In this document: in pieces, positions 1 through 8,375 of the stretch
How the letters are laid out: the number at the start of each line of letters is the position of its first letter
Numbering within the stretch: the first letter of the stretch is position 1
Source of the DNA: Gemmatimonadota bacterium
GTDB taxonomy: Bacteria > Gemmatimonadota > Gemmatimonadetes > Gemmatimonadales > Gemmatimonadaceae
Assembly (NCBI GenBank): GCA_040389905.1
Contig: JAZJZK010000018.1
Span: forward strand, 24,868 to 88,867
DNA length: 64,000 nucleotides
Reading direction: 5' to 3'
Position numbers and translations under genes: made by a program
The notes under the pieces: generated by a model
What the model was told of the DNA's origin: nothing
The model's input: only the letters and a program-made list of their open reading frames with translations
Database searches by the model: none

Positions 1-312
1 CAGCGGGGTCGCCGACGAGTGCTGCGGCCCGCTGTTCACACCGAGCAGCGGATGTCCGGCAGTGCGCCTGCAGCTGCACGTACGTCGCGAGCACCATGGC
101 GCCTCCGCCGACCAGGCTGTGCGCGATGTTCCTGTGGTGAGACGAGACGGCCGGCTCGAGAACGTCCGGAAGAACGCCGCCGATATGACCACCCAGGCCG
201 CCGGCGAAGATCTCCATCGCCAGTCGGATAGGGTCCGTCGTCGGCGCGACCAATGCGGCTGCTCCGGCTCCGATCAGAATTCCTGCATTCGAATGTTCGA
301 GACGACCGGCAT
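1..312 (-). CDS. YdjM-like metal-dependent membrane hydrolase, partial (runs off window), apparent 1-nt frameshift at codon 2-3
   Basis: Hand translation gives GRLEHSNAGILIGAGAAALVA...GGVLPDVLEPAVSSHHRNIAHS (LPD..HR..HS motif). A GGGGAG RBS precedes the ATG at 312, which is 1 nt out of frame. Absent from the ORF track. Confidence 0.7.
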
Positions 313-477
313 CAGGCGCGCTCCCCGAGTCGAAGGCGGTTGTCCGAGCTTGTGTAGTCCGGTATCGTGCGCACGTAGTCGTCAGCCTTGTTGCTGCAGG
401 TGATGCGAATGCTCATGGATACGCTCGCTCTGAAAGAGTTTCTGGAGGCCACCTGCGCCGTGCCGCAGCCCGCTAGT

Positions 478-497
478 CGTTAAGTGAACGATTAACG
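478..497. promoter_or_regulatory. Operator box A (CGTTAAGTGAACGATTAACG)
   Basis: AT-rich imperfect palindrome, 17/20 identical to 1601-1620. Confidence 0.6.
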
Positions 498-541
498 CAG
501 TGCGGCTAGCTGCGCAAGGCCTGCGTGCTCGCAGCGGCTAA

Positions 542-1255
542 TCAGAGAAGCGGCTGGTTCTCGGTGACGAATTTGCCACGCTCAAGGGCGATGGCCATGG
601 TCTCACGCGACACGCCGAAGGCCCTGAAGAGGGGCTCGAAGCCGTTTCGCACCTGCACCGCGAGCCGGACTGCGTGCTGACGGAGACTTTCTGAGCGCGA
701 CTCCCATTCCGGAGTGCGCCAGGCCACAGGGGCAAGCCCGAAGCGCGACTCGAACTCCAGCCGAAGGACCACGGGCTGAATCAACAGCGCCGCGGCGAAT
801 CGGTTTGCCTGCCACTCCTCAGGAGCGACCGCGCGCCCTGGGCTTGGGAAGATCGCCCTATTCAGGGACGTCAAACACTCCACAGCGCCTGCCTCGGCGA
901 ACAAGTCGAGTTCCTCAGCCTGTGCCAAGTACAGCGGCCGATGCAGCTCCCAGTGTCCGATCTCATGCGCGAGCGTGAACCGGTACCGCCCATCCGTGCC
1001 TGGCATCTTGAGCGACCGGCTCAGCTCAATGCGGCCGCGGCGAGGATACATCCGCCCCAAGATGACATCCCCGTTCTCGCTCCCGAGGTCGCACTCGTCG
1101 TCGAACGACATGTTCTCGCGCTCGCAGAGATAGTCGTAGAGGAGCGTCTCTAGATCGACCTTGGGGGTCTCAGCGCACGACATGCCAAGAGCCCTCGCGC
1201 GAAGCTGCTCCGCCTTGAGCTCGATCTCGTCTTCGCGCAACCACGGAAAATGCAC
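542..1255 (-). CDS. ImmA/IrrE family Zn metallopeptidase
   Basis: RYRFTLAHEIGHW (HExxH) and EWQANRFAAALL motifs. Confidence 0.92.
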   Translation of the reverse strand: MHFPWLREDEIELKAEQLRARALGMSCAETPKVDLETLLYDYLCERENMSFDDECDLGSENGDVILGRMYPRRGRIELSRSLKMPGTDGRYRFTLAHEIGHWELHRPLYLAQAEELDLFAEAGAVECLTSLNRAIFPSPGRAVAPEEWQANRFAAALLIQPVVLRLEFESRFGLAPVAWRTPEWESRSESLRQHAVRLAVQVRNGFEPLFRAFGVSRETMAIALERGKFVTENQPLL

Positions 1256-1267
1256 GCCTCTTCGCCT

Positions 1268-1585
1268 CTAATCTTTCCGCAGCTGCTGGCGCTGCTCCTC
1301 GGGAGACATGGCTTTGACTCTACGGTACAGCGCGAGTTCAGCCGCTGAGTTGGGAGCCAGATCACTCGGCAATTTTCTGGCGAGTGCAAAGACCTCGTCT
1401 GGATCTACCTCGAGTTCTCTGGCTATCGCTCTCAGAGTGTCTTCGGAGGCCGGCGGGGGATCGTCATCGAGCTCGAGCTGTGTGAGAAAGGGCGCAGACC
1501 GCTGAATCTTGCGCGCAAACTCGCGCAACCCGTCACCACGCTCAAGGCGGCGTTCGCGTATGAACTTGCCCAGCTCCGAAGACAC
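1268..1585 (-). CDS. XRE-family HTH repressor
   Basis: LGKFIRERRLERGDGLREFARKIQRSAPFLTQLE; sits directly upstream of the IrrE gene. Confidence 0.9.
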   Translation of the reverse strand: MSSELGKFIRERRLERGDGLREFARKIQRSAPFLTQLELDDDPPPASEDTLRAIARELEVDPDEVFALARKLPSDLAPNSAAELALYRRVKAMSPEEQRQQLRKD

Positions 1586-1600
1586 TATTCAGCCTCTAAT

Positions 1601-1620
1601 CGTTCAGTGAACACTTAACG
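1601..1620. promoter_or_regulatory. Operator box B (CGTTCAGTGAACACTTAACG)
   Basis: 15 nt upstream of the XRE start; near copy of box A. Confidence 0.6.
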
Positions 1621-1772
1621 TTACGCTGCGGCGAGTCATTCCGCGAGCGCCTGAAGTTCGTTCGTTTGGCGGCGCAGAGAACCCATGACGAACGAGCGGG
1701 CAGTCGTCTGAATTCGGGCGATAGGTGCTGCGACAATTGAAAACCGCGGGACGTCTCGACGGCTGGCGCCTG

Positions 1773-1809
1773 AGAATAAGCGGGCGAACATCTAGTGATG
1801 TTCGCCCGC
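1773..1809 (-). terminator. Intrinsic terminator after TA operon
   Basis: Perfect 13-bp stem 1780-1792/1797-1809, followed by TTATTCT on the minus strand. Confidence 0.7.
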
Positions 1810-1826
1810 CTGTGTCTTGGCCGCCG

Positions 1827-2246
1827 CTAGGCGTTTTGCGCGCGGCGACTGGTCTTTGCCGTCTTCTTGGCGATAGCGCGCCCGGGCCGGCGTCTCGCGC
1901 GGGCGACTGTCTTCGGCTTCTCGAAGGTGACTTTGATGCGCTCGCCCACGGCAATGGCGATCCGTCGAAGCATTGCTAGCGAGTGCCCCTCATAGTTCGC
2001 GTCTTCGAGACGTGCAATCACCGACTGGGTGGTACCTACCCGCATGGCCAACTCCTTCTGCGTGAGCTTGTACCGTTCACGCAGAGCATAGATCTCCTGG
2101 GCCACCTCGTTCGCCTCTGTGGCATCAGCTACCGCCTCGACCCAACCCTCCACGCCCGAGAAGAGTCGGTCGATTGCAGTAGCACCATCGTTCCGCAGGG
2201 CTGTATCCGTTTGACGAGAGGTCATCGAAGTAGTGGCAATGTTCAA
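1827..2246 (-). CDS. HigA-like XRE antitoxin
   Basis: LTQKELAMRVGTTQSVIARLEDANYEGHSL; 4-nt overlap with the toxin. Confidence 0.88.
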   Translation of the reverse strand: MNIATTSMTSRQTDTALRNDGATAIDRLFSGVEGWVEAVADATEANEVAQEIYALRERYKLTQKELAMRVGTTQSVIARLEDANYEGHSLAMLRRIAIAVGERIKVTFEKPKTVARARRRPGRAIAKKTAKTSRRAQNA

Positions 2247-2638
2247 GAGACGGTTGATTCAACGTACGTATGCTTCTTCGGGTCCTTCTCGAACTTCTCC
2301 TTGTACTCCGCGGCGGTAGAAATGTCGTTGGAGTCGACTTCGCCTTCCTTCGTGCAACCAAGAGCAAGGACGGCGACGCCTGAGCCAGCGAAGAAGTAGA
2401 GCACTCGGTAGTTCACCGTTCCGACTCGAGCTCGGAGCTCGTGAATCCCACCAGCGAGTGGCGCCGCGATTGGGCGCCGCAAGCCATGTCCCTCACGAGC
2501 CAACATCTCGATCAAGCTCTTCACACGAGCTGCGGCCTTGAGGTTCTGCTTCTTGCTCGGGCGGGTGAGCGTGATGAGCCAGTCATGAAACGGGACAACA
2601 CCTTTTGATTCCTGGTACAGCAGTATGCTACACGGCAT
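2243..2638 (-). CDS. RelE/HigB-like toxin (Gp49/DUF891 type)
   Basis: LRRPIAAPLAGGIHELRARVGTVNYRVLYFF; start moved to ATG 2638, which has a GGAG RBS. Confidence 0.88.
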   Translation of the reverse strand: MPCSILLYQESKGVVPFHDWLITLTRPSKKQNLKAAARVKSLIEMLAREGHGLRRPIAAPLAGGIHELRARVGTVNYRVLYFFAGSGVAVLALGCTKEGEVDSNDISTAAEYKEKFEKDPKKHTYVESTVS

Positions 2639-2654
2639 CAATCCGGCTCCTGAT

Positions 2655-2683
2655 ATGATATCGCATATTTGCGATTCCCGCAA
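2655..2683 (-). promoter_or_regulatory. Sigma70 promoter with operator palindrome for the TA operon
   Basis: TTGCGG-17-TATCAT, with ATCGCA-TATT-TGCGAT (2660-2675) in the spacer. Confidence 0.6.
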
Positions 2684-2717
2684 CCCTTGGAACCGTGACC
2701 CGCTCGGTAGGCAGATT

Positions 2718-2745
2718 CAATTTTGCAGCAGCGGCTGCAAAATTG
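2718..2745. repeat. Perfect 12-bp inverted repeat
   Basis: CAATTTTGCAGC-AGCG-GCTGCAAAATTG. Confidence 0.8.
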
Positions 2746-3240
2746 TAACTCTCTAATCCATCAGCATTTGCGAAACTGGATATTCCAGCTCCGCACGGTT
2801 CTGCGACCGGGGTGCGAACGCCGGCGCGGTGGATCTCCGCGGCACGAGTCAGTCACCTTGTCGCGAAAGGACACACTCGGCCCGCGGCCAGCATCGAGGC
2901 GCGGCGTGTTCGGTATCATGCGCATCACGACGTCAACGCGGCGCGCAACGCTTCACCTGACTGAGACGGACGGGTCGGGCAAGCTCATTAGCGAGCGGAC
3001 GAGTCCAAGAAGAACCCCGTGTAGACCCTGAGGGCGCTCCCAGGAGTCAGCCGCGTGGCGTCGTAACTAAACGCGGGAGCGCAATTCCAGGGGCGGGCCT
3101 AGTGGGACTGCCCGGCCTTGGTGTCAGGAAGGCGGCTGTGAGCTCGAGGCGTTGAGCGCCGTGGGACACCAAGTCCCTTCATCGTCCCATGCTTGGGACG
3201 TATGCCGCCCCTGCCGTGAGCGATGGGACCAGCGAGTCTG

Positions 3241-3531
3241 TCAGGGCGCCTTCCCGTATTTCGCGATGTCGTCGTGCGGAACGATGTCGACGAAATAGAC
3301 GGTCTGGTTCTTCGTTCGAAAGACGACGCGGTCTCCATCATTTGCGCGCGCTTCGTTGTAATACTTGTCCGGCTCGATGGGTTTGATGCGCATGCCAGGC
3401 GTCGGTTGGCTCTTCACCAGCGCCATGACAACTTTATCAATTCCCTTCTGCTCTGCAGCCTGAAAGTTCGGATAGCTCCTGTCCCACTGATCCGAGAATT
3501 CAGCGTTGAAGAAGGGCTTCCTTGCACCCAT
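3241..3531 (-). CDS. RelE/ParE-like toxin
   Basis: 96 aa, PTPGMRIKPI...EARANDGDRVVF...IVPHD; starts 2 nt after the AbrB gene. Confidence 0.7.
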   Translation of the reverse strand: MGARKPFFNAEFSDQWDRSYPNFQAAEQKGIDKVVMALVKSQPTPGMRIKPIEPDKYYNEARANDGDRVVFRTKNQTVYFVDIVPHDDIAKYGKAP

Positions 3532-3533
3532 CC

Positions 3534-3860
3534 TTAGCGGGACTCGTCGCGTGTCCTCGCGCGCCCGCTCTTCAGCGAGTCAAGATGACGCTGCGTCATC
3601 TCCTCGCCCTCCGTGCGCGTAGAACGGCCCTCCGCGAAGCTGGCCTCCGCGCGCTGCAGCCGCGCTCGGCCCTCGGGTCCGTGATACCAGAGCTGGTCTC
3701 GAGGAATGACCACTGACGGAACGAGCTCGAAAGCACCGTCATCAGTCCGCTCCACCCGGAGCTGTGTATCCGCCGCGATTCCAAGCTCCTCCCGCATCTC
3801 ACGTGGGATGGTCGTCCGACCCTTTGGGTCGACCGTCAGATAGCCAATAGTGCGGCCCAT
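3534..3860 (-). CDS. AbrB/MazE-family antitoxin
   Basis: TVDPKGRTTIPREMREELGI. Confidence 0.88.
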   Translation of the reverse strand: MGRTIGYLTVDPKGRTTIPREMREELGIAADTQLRVERTDDGAFELVPSVVIPRDQLWYHGPEGRARLQRAEASFAEGRSTRTEGEEMTQRHLDSLKSGRARTRDESR

Positions 3861-3890
3861 AGGATATTCTCCGTTGCGGTATTATTCCTC

Positions 3891-3925
3891 AGTGGGATTA
3901 TACCACTTTGGTCCGAATGCGTCAA
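3891..3925 (-). promoter_or_regulatory. Near-consensus sigma70 promoter with operator over the -10
   Basis: TTGACG-17-TATAAT with extended TG; palindrome AGTGG-N7-CCACT at 3891-3907. Confidence 0.75.
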
Positions 3926-4035
3926 TCCCTCCTAAGCGGTGAACTGAGACCTAGAGCCACATCCTCCCTCGCTGCGTGGAATGAACTATCAAACGGAGGT
4001 CATTATCCGGCCCGCGGCGCGACTGCCTGTAGCCG

Positions 4036-4057
4036 TGGTACACCACTTGGTGTACCA
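4036..4057. promoter_or_regulatory. Palindromic operator
   Basis: TGGTACACCA-CT-TGGTGTACCA, perfect 10-bp arms upstream of the gene at 4102. Confidence 0.65.
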
Positions 4058-4101
4058 TACCTACAATGGTCAGCTTCACGATCAATGGGTTGGAGTCATG
4101 C

Positions 4102-4713
4102 ATGTCTAAGCTCAAGATTTGGCATCAGGGTGAACAATCAGAAGCGCTGTGTCCCACCTGCAAGGTCTGGCGCGAAACGACGTTCTGGTACCGCCCGTTC
4201 CTGCTCGAGAAGTCAGGGATCGAAGTCCCCGATGTCCTCGTGGGCGTCTGCAGCGAATGCAAAGAGGCCATCGACTTGCCACACCAGTCGACGCCGAAGT
4301 TGAAGGAGGCGCTCCGCAAGGAGCCCTGTCGCGTAGATGCGCGCATTCCAAAGGAGCTCCGTGATGTCATCGGTGTTCTGGCGACGGACTTCGGTGGGGA
4401 GCCTGAGCCCTTCGCCGGCGGCGTGCTGCGCTACTACATGCGGGAAATGACTGACGACCCGGCGCTTGCGAAGCGGATCGGCATGCTCTCGACATCTGGC
4501 GATGCTGGAGGTACACCCGGTGGCCGCCTGGCATTCCGCATGGACAAGCGCCTTCTGGATAAGGCACTGGCGTCGCTGCACGGCGCAAAGCCGGGCGACA
4601 AATCAGCTCTCGTTCGTGGAATCATTGTAGCTGCCAAGCACGACGCCTATGACAAGCCGAACAAGGCTCGACTGAGCGCCTTGAGGGCTATCGCGGCCGC
4701 GGCAACGGTGTAG
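4102..4713 (+). CDS. MqsA/YgiT-type zinc-ribbon protein with probable tandem RHH-like C-terminus
   Basis: CPTC...VPDVLVGVCSEC; segments RVDARIPKELRDVI and RLAFRMDKRLLDKA...KSALVRGII. Confidence 0.65.
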   Translation: MSKLKIWHQGEQSEALCPTCKVWRETTFWYRPFLLEKSGIEVPDVLVGVCSECKEAIDLPHQSTPKLKEALRKEPCRVDARIPKELRDVIGVLATDFGGEPEPFAGGVLRYYMREMTDDPALAKRIGMLSTSGDAGGTPGGRLAFRMDKRLLDKALASLHGAKPGDKSALVRGIIVAAKHDAYDKPNKARLSALRAIAAAATV

Positions 4714-4748
4714 ATCGTTTCGACCGGTAGCGCCTTTCTGCCGAGCAG

Positions 4749-5498
4749 CTAAATGCCGGCGAGCTCGCGCCCGAAGGCCGTTGGCGAGAGCATGTGTGCC
4801 CGGCCCTGCGTCTCGGCCTGAAGCACGCCGCGATGCACGAGCGCGTGCGCGGCCGCATGAATTGCAAGGCTGGTCGCGCCGAGTTGTTCTCTGAGCGCCT
4901 TGGCACTGACGGGCTGCGATAGCGTGTGGGCGACGATCTCGGCCTCGAGGCCGGGTCCTAGGGCTGCACGGAGCCGAAGCTCCGGGCAATTCTCGAGGAT
5001 GGCGGCTGTTGGACGGATGGCGTCGTACCGGAGCGTGATATCATCCTGCCACAGCCCCCACCGCGTGAAGAGCGGAAGCGATTCCGCGCGGACTAACGTA
5101 GCAAGCGCCGGCGTCGACTCAGCGATATGAAATAGCGGACGCGCCGGAGACAGGGCTCGAGCGTGCCCCGCAGCGGCAACGAGACGGATCGCGATGGGTG
5201 ATTCCTTTGCCGCGACCGAGAGCAGCGAACCTGCAACGGCTCGGGATACGGGATCGAGCGCCTTCAATGCAAGGCGCAGACGGCGGAGGTCGACCCATGA
5301 CCCGTGCCTCGCGAGCCAGCTGGCGGCAATCCAATACAGGCTTGCCTCATCCCGAGCCACGCGTGCCGTATCAGCGATCAGCTCTTCGATCATCACGGGC
5401 CGCAGGCTTCGACGTCCAGTGAGTTCCCCACCAACCCGGGTCCATTGGCTGGCGACGATATCCCCTCGCTCGGTCGCTTCGCTGTCTTCACCGCTCAC
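4749..5498 (-). CDS. Hypothetical protein with C-terminal winged HTH
   Basis: PVSAKALREQLGATSLAIHAAAHALVHRGVL...GRAHMLS; GGGG RBS. Confidence 0.6.
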   Translation of the reverse strand: MSGEDSEATERGDIVASQWTRVGGELTGRRSLRPVMIEELIADTARVARDEASLYWIAASWLARHGSWVDLRRLRLALKALDPVSRAVAGSLLSVAAKESPIAIRLVAAAGHARALSPARPLFHIAESTPALATLVRAESLPLFTRWGLWQDDITLRYDAIRPTAAILENCPELRLRAALGPGLEAEIVAHTLSQPVSAKALREQLGATSLAIHAAAHALVHRGVLQAETQGRAHMLSPTAFGRELAGI

Positions 5499-5689
5499 TC
5501 GGTGTCCCCCTGTCCAGACGGTCGCTGCGTTGCGCGCGCGACGCTGTGCGCACCCGCTTGCCTTCCTCTTGCGGCCGATGAACGGGAAAGAGCGAAGTAC
5601 GCGGAATCCATTGGGCGTTCAATGACGCGATCAGCGCCTCGTGACACGGAAGAACGAACATGGACGAGCGACGCCGGCGCGCTCCCATA

Positions 5690-5938
5690 TCAGCTGTATG
5701 CACCGCTCCAATTCATCTCAAGGAGCGCCCGGCAACGCCGATAGCCCCCAGGACGTCGTAACAGCGTAGCAGGCGACAAATTGCGAAGGCGGACATTGGG
5801 AGTCTTGAGCCAATCATCAACAAATGCTTCGAAGTCGAATTGAGACGCGTCAGGATGTCCACCAAGCATGTACTTCATCCGCTGAATGAGCTTCTTGCGT
5901 TCCTTGCGTCGACCTCGTGAACTCCAGCGAGTACCCAT
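5690..5938 (-). CDS. MbcA/ParS/Xre antitoxin C-terminal domain protein (DUF2384-like), no RES toxin
   Basis: DWLKTPNVRLRNLSPATLL...LLEMNWSGAYS. Confidence 0.7.
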   Translation of the reverse strand: MGTRWSSRGRRKERKKLIQRMKYMLGGHPDASQFDFEAFVDDWLKTPNVRLRNLSPATLLRRPGGYRRCRALLEMNWSGAYS

Positions 5939-6013
5939 AGCCTATCGCTCCTTGACTGGCCCGTTCACGGCCGCATCTCGCCGCTACGGGGCTCCTCATT
6001 GGTGCGAAGGGCG

Positions 6014-6508
6014 CTACTCATCGACATCGTCGTCGCACATCACGTGGCGCACCAACTCCGCAACAGCTTCCACCTCGCCCTCGAACAGGCAGTCCATCCC
6101 AGTGCGCCCCCCTAGCGCCACCTGATATTCCAGAAGAAGAGGGGTGAGAAGGTCCGGAGAGATCATCTCACGAACTCTTCTCATGAGCGCTGGCATGAGT
6201 GGGCAGACAGCTTCGGGCTGTCCGCCCTGAGAGGGCTGGAACTGCCCTGCGGGGTACTCCCACACTCCGGGAATCACCGGCAGCGCGAGCAGCCGATCCT
6301 CGTTCCGCCATAGCTCCAACGTCTCCTCGGTCACGCCTAGCCTGCCGGCTGTTTGGGCGTGCGTCCAAAGGCCGCCAGTCGCGTTCAACGCGCGCGCTAG
6401 GGCAGCGCCACAATGCGCCGATGCGTCATCGAGGATGGCTTGCTCGCGCGCAGTCATACCCAAGAAGCCTCTTGGCTCGTCATCCCCTCCACTCCACGTG
6501 GTGCTCAT
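6014..6508 (-). CDS. HTH + MbcA/ParS-like antitoxin-type protein (Rv2175c-like)
   Basis: GGLWTHAQTAGRLGVT...RLLAL...YPAGQF...LGGRTGMDCL; ATGA overlap with the integrase. Confidence 0.6.
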   Translation of the reverse strand: MSTTWSGGDDEPRGFLGMTAREQAILDDASAHCGAALARALNATGGLWTHAQTAGRLGVTEETLELWRNEDRLLALPVIPGVWEYPAGQFQPSQGGQPEAVCPLMPALMRRVREMISPDLLTPLLLEYQVALGGRTGMDCLFEGEVEAVAELVRHVMCDDDVDE

Positions 6509-7992
6509 GAACCGACTCCACTTTCGTACGTTTGACCCCGCACGAGCACTCGCAGATCGCGAGCCCCGCTACGGCGCCGGTCTACCTCGTCGTGCAGATA
6601 AATCCGCTTCCGCGTATCTGAGTGCTGGGTCCATCCGCCAAGTGTGTTCTTGACCTTGTCGTCATCGCTCAGTATTTCGGCGAGGTCGACCGACGCCCTA
6701 CGGACGCCATACCAACCACGGCCCTCTTTCGACGAAATGCCGGCGACTGTCTCGAGTACGTGGAACTGCTCAAGCGCAGTCCTCCGATCCATCACACTGT
6801 GCGATTTCCTCGGGTTGCACTTGCCTTCTCGTAGCTTGCCACCGGGAAACATCGGATAGTTGGCGAGCTTTCCGCGCCGATACATGTCCTCATAGAGCGA
6901 GAGGTGCCCCTCAGTCAGCATAAGGTCGATGATGCCTCGGTCGCCTTCGGAGAGCACGACCGTTTCACCCGGTTTCCCACGACGCCCACGCACTATGAAC
7001 GTGCCGAATGGCGCCACGGGAGAACTGGAGAGGTCAAGGCTTTTCCGCGATACTCGAAGTCCTTGACCCGCGCGGAGCTCGCCGGCGAGCAACATGGCGA
7101 GGCGAATTCGAGGGTCGATCTTCGAACTGAGGTCGTAGACAGCCTTCCATAGCGCGACCAGCTCAGACGCAGAGTGGCGCAGACGAGTCACCTCAACCGT
7201 GCTGTCGGTGCGCTCCTCCCAATTCTGGTAGACCGTTTCCCGCCACTTCTTCGGCGGTAAGAGGCATTCCTTGCTCACCTTCTTTTCCGTCCGCAGGAAC
7301 GCCGCGACCGCATACAAGGAGCTCACCACGACTTCCATCCATCGCGGACCTCCCGACTCATCGCGAATGAACCTGTCAGCCAGAGTTTGCACGAGCTTCG
7401 TCACTCGGCTCTCCGTAACGTCCTCCCACGCGGTGTTCCGTCCCAACACGTCCTCGATCACCTTTGAGGCGCGCTCACACTCCTTGCTGTGACGGGTGGG
7501 CGATGGGTATTTGCCACCAATGTCGGCGAACGCCAGCTTGAACCCCTGCGATAGCGTAAGGGGCTTGTCGTTCTTCTGATTTGCGGACTCCTGGGCTGGA
7601 TCAGTGCCGGCTGCGAGGAGGTTATGAAGCCGCTTTGCGGCCTGCTCGGCCACGCGGACCTTTCCTGCATCGAGCGCCAAAGATCGGACGTCGAGGGGAG
7701 CGCTGTCCGAGGCCACGCGCAGCGGCAGCTTCCGCACGGTGTACGCGGTCGGCTCACCGAGCGCGATGTGCAGCGGCCGTTTGGTGCGCTTGTCACGGCC
7801 ATCCGCCGATGGCGGTGTGAAGCGGACGTAAACAACCCCGCGCCGGTCCCAACGCTCATACACGTGCACGGTGTTTGTGCGCTGTCCAAGTTTGCACGTC
7901 CACTCGCCAGGGATCGTGCCCGCTTCCTCGACAGCACACACACCCTTGTCCACGGCTGGTGTGAGTGCGCGCTTCTTCATGCTGCTGCCCAT
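6505..7992 (-). CDS. Divergent tyrosine recombinase/integrase
   Basis: Catalytic pattern R (ELRAGQ), K (RGKPG), YGVRR for HxxR, LGGW, Y (KRIY); GAGGAG RBS. Confidence 0.8.
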   Translation of the reverse strand: MGSSMKKRALTPAVDKGVCAVEEAGTIPGEWTCKLGQRTNTVHVYERWDRRGVVYVRFTPPSADGRDKRTKRPLHIALGEPTAYTVRKLPLRVASDSAPLDVRSLALDAGKVRVAEQAAKRLHNLLAAGTDPAQESANQKNDKPLTLSQGFKLAFADIGGKYPSPTRHSKECERASKVIEDVLGRNTAWEDVTESRVTKLVQTLADRFIRDESGGPRWMEVVVSSLYAVAAFLRTEKKVSKECLLPPKKWRETVYQNWEERTDSTVEVTRLRHSASELVALWKAVYDLSSKIDPRIRLAMLLAGELRAGQGLRVSRKSLDLSSSPVAPFGTFIVRGRRGKPGETVVLSEGDRGIIDLMLTEGHLSLYEDMYRRGKLANYPMFPGGKLREGKCNPRKSHSVMDRRTALEQFHVLETVAGISSKEGRGWYGVRRASVDLAEILSDDDKVKNTLGGWTQHSDTRKRIYLHDEVDRRRSGARDLRVLVRGQTYESGVGS

Positions 7993-8375
7993 AGCTCCTC
8001 TAGGTCATCGCGGTGAATTTCCCATACGCGCCCGCATTTACTGCTTCGGGCCAGTTTCCCCTTCTTCTTTTTCCGCGCGAGCCTGTGCTTCACGGTGCTC
8101 TCGGGCCTACCAGCGAGAACGGCAACGTCCGCGACGCTCAACCACTCATTCGTCCGCGCGGCCTCGTCGAGCGCGCGCGCCAGTTCTGAGCAGTGATGCG
8201 CGAGGGTCGTACGCGCACTGCTGTCGGGGGCAAGCCTCACGAGGACCGCCAACTCATGTCTCATCGTCCGCAACAACGCATCGAGCGGCGCGGAGGCGAG
8301 GTATCGCCTCCCCGTGGCAAGGCCGGGAGGCGCGTTATGTGGTGGATCGACTTTCGGACGCTGATTGTGACGCAT
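7977..8375 (-). CDS. Excisionase-like HTH protein (start uncertain)
   Basis: EWLSVADVAVLAGRPESTVKHRL...KCGRVWEIHRDDL; overlaps the integrase start. Confidence 0.65.
   Translation of the reverse strand: MRHNQRPKVDPPHNAPPGLATGRRYLASAPLDALLRTMRHELAVLVRLAPDSSARTTLAHHCSELARALDEAARTNEWLSVADVAVLAGRPESTVKHRLARKKKKGKLARSSKCGRVWEIHRDDLEELWAAA

Noticed and set aside
5527..5544. GC palindrome upstream of the wHTH gene
   Set aside because: Almost pure GC with a mismatch; expected by chance at this GC content
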